Source: Chlamydiia bacterium (GTDB lineage: Bacteria > Chlamydiota > Chlamydiia > Chlamydiales > JBMOFD01). Taken from it: a DNA stretch of 42,438 bases. This document shows positions 36,319 through 42,438 of this stretch, piece after piece. The notes under the pieces are model-generated. The model was not told the DNA's origin, did no database searches, and was given only the letters and a program-made list of their open reading frames with translations. The stretch spans positions 1 to 42,438 of the forward strand of contig JBMOFD010000006.1 of assembly GCA_049314435.1 (NCBI GenBank). The letters are read 5' to 3'. How positions within the stretch are numbered: the first letter of the stretch is position 1; the number at the start of each line of letters is the position of its first letter. Made by a program: the position numbers and the translations under genes.

Positions 36319-37217
36319 ACGGAATTGCGTCCATGTTGCTTAGCAAGATAGAGCGCTTTGTCGACGCGGGCAAGGAGCCGTTCCGACGCTTGTTGAGGAC
36401 GGGTACGGCTTCTCCCCTCGACGGTGCCCGTGACACCGATCGACACCGTGATGCTCACCACGCCCGCGCGGGTGTAGAATCGATGCTGCTGCACACGACG
36501 CCTGATCTTCTCTGCGACATTCTGAGCGGCCTCGGCCGTACAGGCGGGGAGAAAGATCACAAACTCCTCACCCCCATAACGGATCACCATGTCGGTGCGG
36601 CGCAAGTGCTCTTCCAAGAGGCGTGCCAGTTCCGTGAGCACGGCGTCACCCGTCAGATGACCAAAGGTGTCATTAATCGACTTGAAGTGGTCGACGTCTA
36701 GCATAAGGAGCTGGACCATGTGGCCAGAAGCAATGGCGTGGGGGATCTCTTCCTCCAGCACGCTGCGATTATAGAGCTGCGTAAGAGCATCTCGTTTGCT
36801 GAGGTCGGTGAGGGAGCGCACCATGCGCATCACACGGTCGGCCGAGCTCCGCGCCGTGGAGGCGAGTTCGGCACGAGCTTTTAACTCATTCGGTCGTGCA
36901 GGCCGGCATACAAAATCCTGAGCTCCAGCCTGAAGCGCTTGCTGCACCGCGCGAGACGTCGGTGTGGCACACTGGATGAGAACGGGCACCGACGTTCGGC
37001 GGTGCAGGGTCATGCAGAGCTCGATCGCCTTATGATTCATCAGGTTCTCATCGACGAGGATCAGATGGAACGGCTGCTCGCGAACGAGTTGGATGGCAGC
37101 GCTGTAGCTGGGGGCTCTGATCACCTCAAATTGACGGAAGCAGCCATCCTCCAGCTGGATATCTGGATCTCCGGGGCCATGGGCAAAGAGTAGTTTAGGT
37201 TTCTTCCTGGAGCTCAC
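36288..37217 (-). CDS. Diguanylate cyclase (REC-GGDEF)
   Basis: Receiver domain (LILVD, AGAQDFV) plus DALTQLYNR, DVDHFKSINDTFGH..GD, RxxD I-site, RYGGEEF, ALYLAK..GRN. Confidence 0.93.
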   Translation of the reverse strand: MSSRKKPKLLFAHGPGDPDIQLEDGCFRQFEVIRAPSYSAAIQLVREQPFHLILVDENLMNHKAIELCMTLHRRTSVPVLIQCATPTSRAVQQALQAGAQDFVCRPARPNELKARAELASTARSSADRVMRMVRSLTDLSKRDALTQLYNRSVLEEEIPHAIASGHMVQLLMLDVDHFKSINDTFGHLTGDAVLTELARLLEEHLRRTDMVIRYGGEEFVIFLPACTAEAAQNVAEKIRRRVQQHRFYTRAGVVSITVSIGVTGTVEGRSRTRPQQASERLLARVDKALYLAKQHGRNSVWFLPPHQRK

Positions 37218-37430
37218 ATCCAGATGTTAACAATTTTTTTTGAATCGGAAAAGGTGGCCCAGGCGCGCTCCCCAAAAAGGGGACTATATGGGGGGGCTGG
37301 GGGACGTCGTTCCCCAGTGGGGAGCGGGGCAAAGCCCTGCACTCATCAGTCCTCTTGGATGGAACCAGGTCCTTCTTTAGCATAGTTGGCTTGCAGCGGT
37401 CGGATTGGGTTCGATTGCGAAAGGGGCGTT

Positions 37431-37823
37431 ATGGCGGCATCAACCACTCGGGCAGCATCGAGCATCCAACTGATCTGGATCGTCGTGCGTGATTTCGAAG
37501 CAGCGATTCAGTTTTACACACAGGGCGTGGGCCTACGTCTAGTGGAGCGCAATGACCAGTACGGATGGGCGGAGCTGGTAGGCCCTGAAGGGGCTCGTGT
37601 GGGGATTGCCCAGCACAGCGATCGCAGTGAAGTGCAACCGGGAGACAACGCGGTCATCGCGGTGACGGTAGAGGATTTAGCAGAGGCCGCCAAAGCGATC
37701 CAGCAGGCGGGTGGTCAGCTGGTCGGGGAAGTGATGGAAGTTCCAGGTCACGTGCGTCTGCAGACCTTCAAAGATCTGGCTGGCAACACGCTTCAACTGG
37801 CTCAAGATCTGTCACGTGGCTAG
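37431..37823 (+). CDS. VOC/glyoxalase-family protein
   Basis: IVVRDFEAAIQFY...GL, V.VEDL, FKDLAGN. Confidence 0.88.
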   Translation: MAASTTRAASSIQLIWIVVRDFEAAIQFYTQGVGLRLVERNDQYGWAELVGPEGARVGIAQHSDRSEVQPGDNAVIAVTVEDLAEAAKAIQQAGGQLVGEVMEVPGHVRLQTFKDLAGNTLQLAQDLSRG

Positions 37824-39654
37824 AAGTCTCGGCTCGCGCTAGCCAGATCCTCACGATGGTGAGGTCGGCTGGCGTGACACCGGCGATCCTGGAGGCCTGT
37901 CCGATGGAGCAGGGACGTAGCTTCTGGAGCTTATCTCGGGCTTCTCGGGAGAGCCCTACACAGGAGTTGTAGTCTAGATCGGCGGGCAAGACCGCGAGGT
38001 CCATCGCCTCCAGTTTGCGCGCATCGAGCATCTGACGCTGGATGTACCCTGCATATTTCAGATCCAGTTCGACCTGAATGGCTGCTTCCGGATCTAGGTC
38101 GGGGAGGAGATCGGGGTGGTCAGCACGGAGGGACTCTAGCGTCACCTCGGGTCGGCAGAGAAGCTGAGCCGCTGCGATGGAGCGGTCTTCGACTTTTAAG
38201 AATCGTCGGGCAAGGAGCTGCTTGGCCTGCTCGATCTGTTCACGTTTCTTTTGGCTGGCTGCATACCGTTCGGGGCTGAGGACGCCCAGCTCTCGACCGA
38301 GCTCAGCCAGCCTTAGGTCGGCATTGTCCTGTCGGAGAAGAAGTCGGTATTCGGCTCGGCTTGTGAACATCCGATAGGGCTCGGTGATCTCCTTGGTAGC
38401 GAGATCATCCAGCAAGACGCCGAGGTAGGCCTGATCTCTTCTGATCACCACAGGGGGGCGTTCCATGACCCAGCGTGCCGCATTGATCCCGGCGAGGAGT
38501 CCCTGGCCTGCGGCCTCTTCGTAACCGGAAGTCCCACAAATTTGCCCGGCTACAAAAAGACCGGGCAGTCGGTGGGTATGAAGGGTCGATCCAAATTGAC
38601 CGGGACCCAATGCGTCATACTCCACGGCGTAGGCGGGTCGTAGGACTTCGGCGTTACGCAGAGCGGGGATGCTATGGAGCATCTGAAGCTGAGCATCAAA
38701 GGGCAGCGAGCTGCTCATCCCATTGACGTACACCTCATCCGTTGTGAGCCCCTCGGGTTCCAGGAAGATCTGGTGTCGCTCCTTGTCCGCAAAGCGGACG
38801 AACTTGTCCTCAATGGAGGGACAGTAACGCGGTCCGATCCCTTCGATCCTACCACTATACATCGCACTGCGATGGAGGTTCTTCAGGATGACGTCGCGAG
38901 TTTCGGGGGAGGTATAGGTGATGTGGCAGCTCACCTGAGGGAGCCGAGGCGCCACGGGTTCCGCAAAGCTGAAGCGGATGCCCTCTTCACCAGGCTGCTC
39001 TTCGCAGAGGCTGTAGTCGATGCTTCGGCGATGGATCCTAGGAGGTGTCCCAGTCTTAAGACGAATCAGTGAGAAGCCGAGGCGCTCAAGGGCTGCAGAG
39101 AGTCCAGTCGAGGGGGGGCAACCGCCCCGTCCTCCGGGCAGCTGTGTCTCTCCGATGTGCAGGAGTCCTCGCATGAAGGTACCGGCCGACAGCACGACAG
39201 CATGACCTCGGTAGGCGACGCCTTCCTTGGTGGTCACACCACAGAGCTTGCCCTCCTCGATGAGGAGATCTTCGGTGGTTCCCTGTTTGAGATAGAGCCC
39301 AGGTGTGGACTCTAGAACAGCCTTCATCCGATGCTGGTATTGGAATCGATCGGACTGACAGCGAGGCGCCCAAACGGCGGGTCCCTTGGTCCGGTTTAAC
39401 ATCCGGAAATGGATCCCTGTTTGGTCCGCTACTTGGCCCATGGCTCCGCCGAGAGCATCGATCTCGCGGACAAGGTGTCCCTTAGCCGTCCCACCAATGG
39501 CGGGATTGCAAGACATCTTGGCAACTGTATCGAGATTCAGCGAGAGGAGAAGAGTACGGCAGCCCATTCGAGCTGCCGCTAAGGCTGCTTCGCAGCCTGC
39601 ATGACCTCCGCCAACGACAATGACATCAAAGACGTCGGGGTAGGCCCACATCAT
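37768..39654 (-). CDS. mnmG: tRNA uridine-5-carboxymethylaminomethyl modification enzyme MnmG (GidA)
   Basis: GGGHAGCEAA, MSCNPAIGG, RLKTGTPPR, GPRYCPSIEDK, GTSGYEEAAGQG, PYRMFTSRAEYRL. Confidence 0.98.
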   Translation of the reverse strand: MMWAYPDVFDVIVVGGGHAGCEAALAAARMGCRTLLLSLNLDTVAKMSCNPAIGGTAKGHLVREIDALGGAMGQVADQTGIHFRMLNRTKGPAVWAPRCQSDRFQYQHRMKAVLESTPGLYLKQGTTEDLLIEEGKLCGVTTKEGVAYRGHAVVLSAGTFMRGLLHIGETQLPGGRGGCPPSTGLSAALERLGFSLIRLKTGTPPRIHRRSIDYSLCEEQPGEEGIRFSFAEPVAPRLPQVSCHITYTSPETRDVILKNLHRSAMYSGRIEGIGPRYCPSIEDKFVRFADKERHQIFLEPEGLTTDEVYVNGMSSSLPFDAQLQMLHSIPALRNAEVLRPAYAVEYDALGPGQFGSTLHTHRLPGLFVAGQICGTSGYEEAAGQGLLAGINAARWVMERPPVVIRRDQAYLGVLLDDLATKEITEPYRMFTSRAEYRLLLRQDNADLRLAELGRELGVLSPERYAASQKKREQIEQAKQLLARRFLKVEDRSIAAAQLLCRPEVTLESLRADHPDLLPDLDPEAAIQVELDLKYAGYIQRQMLDARKLEAMDLAVLPADLDYNSCVGLSREARDKLQKLRPCSIGQASRIAGVTPADLTIVRIWLARAETSSHVTDLEPVEACCQPDL

Positions 39655-39740
39655 TAACGCTTATGGCGATCACGGCGGCTGCGCTTCTTCCGCTTGTGCT
39701 TGTTGATTTTATATTTTCGTTTTTTCTTGACGGAGGCCAT
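39654..39740 (-). CDS. Small basic AURKAIP1/COX24-domain (bS22/mS38-like) protein, 28 aa
   Basis: MASVKKKRKYKINKHKRKKRSRRDRHKR*; GAGGA RBS; its TAA overlaps the mnmG ATG (TAATG). Below the ORF-track cut-off. Confidence 0.88.
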   Translation of the reverse strand: MASVKKKRKYKINKHKRKKRSRRDRHKR

Positions 39741-39850
39741 CTGAATCCTCAACTAAAATGTGCGTCGATCGTAACTCCCCTCGGGAAAAACCGCAATGGC
39801 AATCACCAGCGGCCTCCGTCGGAAGTTCTTTTTCGTAGAGGCATTGTCCC

Positions 39851-41713
39851 CTACGGCTGTAGTGAGGCTTCAAAGGAGGAGAAGCTATTGGCTCCTCCGC
39901 TCTCGGTTCCCACAGAGACTTGCTGCTTTAAGGGGGTGTAGTTCGCAAATTGCCCAATTTCTTTACGGAAGGTGAGGTGTACGGACCCCACCGAGCCGTG
40001 ACGGTTCTTGGCCACGATGATCTCGGCCATGCCGGGCTTATCAAGGGGATCGTAGTAGTCGCGACGCAGGAGGAAGACGACGACGTCCGCGTCCTGTTCG
40101 ATGCTGTTGTGGACGATGAAGCCGTTGGCTACAAAGCTATGAGCACCGGGCACCGTGGCGTCATAGACCTCCTCATGCCCATCAGGCAGGAGAGAGTCGA
40201 TCACAGCCCAGATGACCTGGTCACCATCCCGCAGAGCGACCTCCTCACCGGGAGAGAGATGCTCCAGGGGCTTCCATCCTTCACGTGTCCAGAAGGGGTG
40301 ATTCGCTGAAGCGCGTAGCAGCCGTCCACCAGCTCGGATCGCGAAGAGGGGCTTCAACCCGGAACTGAATGCCTTCGTCATCACGGCTTGTATTAACTTA
40401 CCCTGAGCATCCAGAGCCCAGACTTCAAGCGCCAGCTCTCCCTCCGCGGCTAGATTCTTGATGGTGTGGAGGCTTCCATCGGCGCATTCGATGACCGATT
40501 CTGGTCCGAGGCATCCTGATTCGCGTAGATCGGAGAGCATCGGCTTGTGCTGGTTCCTATCTTCCACCTTCCTAGAGAGCTGGGAAAGGCAGATGACGGG
40601 AATGTTGAGCTCTCTTGCCAACGTCTTCAGCATCCGGGAGATCTCAGAGATCTCATTCTGTCGGTTCTCACTGGTCCGGTTTGTGCCAGAGCCTGTGAGG
40701 AGTTGGAGATAGTCGATGATGAGGAGCTCGATGCCAAAGGCTTCTCGCATCCGGCGGGCCCGGGCTCGCAGGTCGGTGATCTTCAAACCGGGTTGGTCAT
40801 CGATGATCATCGTGTACTGAGACATCTGATTCACGGCACCGACGATGCGCTGATACTCCTGTCCGGAGAGAGCACCTGTCTTCACCTTGTCCGATTCCAC
40901 TTCCGCCTGAGAGCAGATAAGACGGTGCAGGAGCTGCTCAGAGGTCATCTCCAGACTGAAGATCCCGACGGCTTGTCCATGCTTAAAGCAGATATTCTCG
41001 GCGATGTTCAGAGCAAAGGCCGTTTTCCCCATCGCTGGGCGCGCTGCCAAGATCAGGAGGTTGGAGCGACCGAGTCCATCGATCATGCGGTCCAGATCTG
41101 TGAAGAACGTCGGTAGGCCGGTGATGCCAAGATCTTTGCCACCGCGAGCCCGGAACTGCTCTTGGCGAGTTTCGACCTCTTCAAGGAAGGGTTTCTGACT
41201 ATAGGAGCGGGTTCCCGTAAGCAATTCGGCGATGGAGACGCCGAGTTCGGTGCGGGCTGACTGGCTGATCGAAAAGAGTTTTTGTTGGGCGTCATCGAGC
41301 GCTCCAGAGACGTCCTCTGGCTCCTCTAGGGCCTTTTTCTCGATCTCCTGCGCTGCCTGGACCATGCGTCGTAGGAGGGCTTTATCCCGTACGATGCCAC
41401 AGTATTCCTCGATATAGGCTGAGGTTCCCACGAACTGCGCGAGGTTGGTGAGGTAGGGGACTCCGCCGACTTCGGCCAGCTTGTTGGTGCGTCGGAGCTC
41501 TTCTGCGATGAGGTGGAGGTCAACTGGTTTGTCTTGCCGATAGGCATGTTGTAGCGAGTGGAAGAGGGTGCGATGCTCGGGGAGGTAGAAGTCCTCCTCT
41601 TTAAGAGCATCAGCTCCCGCATTCAAGCCCGGTCCTGAGGTGAGCATGCACCCCAACACCATCATCTCGGATTCCCTGGAGAAGGGTGGTTGTCGTGGTT
41701 TATTTTCAGACAT
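39851..41713 (-). CDS. dnaB: Replicative DNA helicase DnaB (intein-containing)
   Basis: AARPAMGKT, FSLEM, IIDYLQL, LSQLSR, LSDLRESG|intein|SIEQDAD, AKNRHG. Confidence 0.98.
   Translation of the reverse strand: MSENKPRQPPFSRESEMMVLGCMLTSGPGLNAGADALKEEDFYLPEHRTLFHSLQHAYRQDKPVDLHLIAEELRRTNKLAEVGGVPYLTNLAQFVGTSAYIEEYCGIVRDKALLRRMVQAAQEIEKKALEEPEDVSGALDDAQQKLFSISQSARTELGVSIAELLTGTRSYSQKPFLEEVETRQEQFRARGGKDLGITGLPTFFTDLDRMIDGLGRSNLLILAARPAMGKTAFALNIAENICFKHGQAVGIFSLEMTSEQLLHRLICSQAEVESDKVKTGALSGQEYQRIVGAVNQMSQYTMIIDDQPGLKITDLRARARRMREAFGIELLIIDYLQLLTGSGTNRTSENRQNEISEISRMLKTLARELNIPVICLSQLSRKVEDRNQHKPMLSDLRESGCLGPESVIECADGSLHTIKNLAAEGELALEVWALDAQGKLIQAVMTKAFSSGLKPLFAIRAGGRLLRASANHPFWTREGWKPLEHLSPGEEVALRDGDQVIWAVIDSLLPDGHEEVYDATVPGAHSFVANGFIVHNSIEQDADVVVFLLRRDYYDPLDKPGMAEIIVAKNRHGSVGSVHLTFRKEIGQFANYTPLKQQVSVGTESGGANSFSSFEASLQP
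40106..40513 (-). mobile_element. Mini-intein (136 aa, no homing endonuclease) at the ESG/SIEQD site of DnaB
   Basis: Starts CL, block B SANHPF, block F VYDATVPGAHSFVANG, ends IVHN with +1 Ser. Confidence 0.95.
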
Positions 41714-41758
41714 CGGGACCTCAGCAAGCGGCTAGCATAGAGCCTGGCGAAGTCTGCT

Positions 41759-42430
41759 TCAATCCCTCTTACTGAAAGAGGCGACCTGGACGGGTGCGCA
41801 GCAAGAAGGTGGCTTTCGGTAAAAGCGGAGGGCCTCGATGTTGCTGCCGTAGAGGTCTAGGGGATAGAGAGCGTGATGAGCATCCTTACCCGGATCTAGC
41901 ACGAGGTAGCGATCTCCCTCTTTGCCAACGATCACCATGAAGTGGGTGGTGTTCGTTGGAGAGCGCACGCGGATGATGACGGGATTGCCGGCCAAGAGGC
42001 TCAGATCGATCAGCGCGTAAGAGGGCAGGTCCTCGTAGTGGGGGAGAAGGTGAGGCAGAACAGAGGGGTCGACCTCCGCTGCAAACTGCCATTCGATCCA
42101 GCCGCGCTCTGCGTAACCGCCAGGCCGCTTCTGGAGGAATTGATTGAGGTGGCCAGGTTGGGTGTTAACTCCATACGAGGCCAGCACCATGGCGGCGCAG
42201 GAGACCGCACAGCCCTCTTTCGCTAGCGAGGAGGGGGTACTACCCAGAAGATCTTGGCCCCAGCGAGCATCGCCTTGATGGAAGTGAGGAACCTGGAGGC
42301 AGACTCTCTGTGGAAAGGAAAGTCCTCCACGTGGGGCTAGAGATTTTCTGGTGATCCACTCGTGATGCCATCCCAACATGGGGTAGAGGCAGAATGCCAT
42401 GGCGACGAGGATCCAAGAATAGGTCTTCAT
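41759..42430 (-). CDS. C39-like cysteine peptidase family protein with N-terminal hydrophobic segment
   Basis: P.F.Q.D.RW, GCAVSCAAMVL (Cys), HFMVIVG (His), YLVLDPG (Asp). Confidence 0.85.
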   Translation of the reverse strand: MKTYSWILVAMAFCLYPMLGWHHEWITRKSLAPRGGLSFPQRVCLQVPHFHQGDARWGQDLLGSTPSSLAKEGCAVSCAAMVLASYGVNTQPGHLNQFLQKRPGGYAERGWIEWQFAAEVDPSVLPHLLPHYEDLPSYALIDLSLLAGNPVIIRVRSPTNTTHFMVIVGKEGDRYLVLDPGKDAHHALYPLDLYGSNIEALRFYRKPPSCCAPVQVASFSKRD

Positions 42431-42438
42431 GCCGTCAT

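Overview
Chromosomal segment of an environmental member of the phylum Chlamydiae (Chlamydiota). The assignment rests on Hc1/hctA, chlamydial-type sigma66, chlamydial sdhCAB and the dnaB-[small basic protein]-mnmG-...-lplA gene order. GC looks unusually high (about 55% in a spot check; not computed). The window opens at the 3' end of a 5S rRNA and its terminator. Housekeeping genes are rpsT, an RluA-family synthase, rpoD, tRNA-Ala(GGC), mreC, mutY, parB, hctA, rlmD, yajC, nadE, sdhCAB, an lplA-like ligase, mnmG and dnaB. Between them are several Ser/Pro-rich or repeat-domain orphan ORFs that look like secreted effectors. Five observations stand out. (1) An unannotated 24-aa Thr-rich leader peptide with its own promoter, RBS and alternative hairpins precedes a DAACS amino-acid symporter, a candidate threonine-sensing attenuator. 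(2) A 1.24-kb cassette between perfect 209-bp direct repeats of an AAA/DUF4143 gene 3' end carries a hidden Ntox50-like toxin tip and a tandem two-domain immunity-like gene. (3) DnaB contains a 136-aa natural mini-intein. (4) One orphan looks like a highly divergent kinase, and two adjacent orphans share a repeated domain. (5) A REC-GGDEF diguanylate cyclase is present. All family assignments come from motif recognition by eye; no database search was run.
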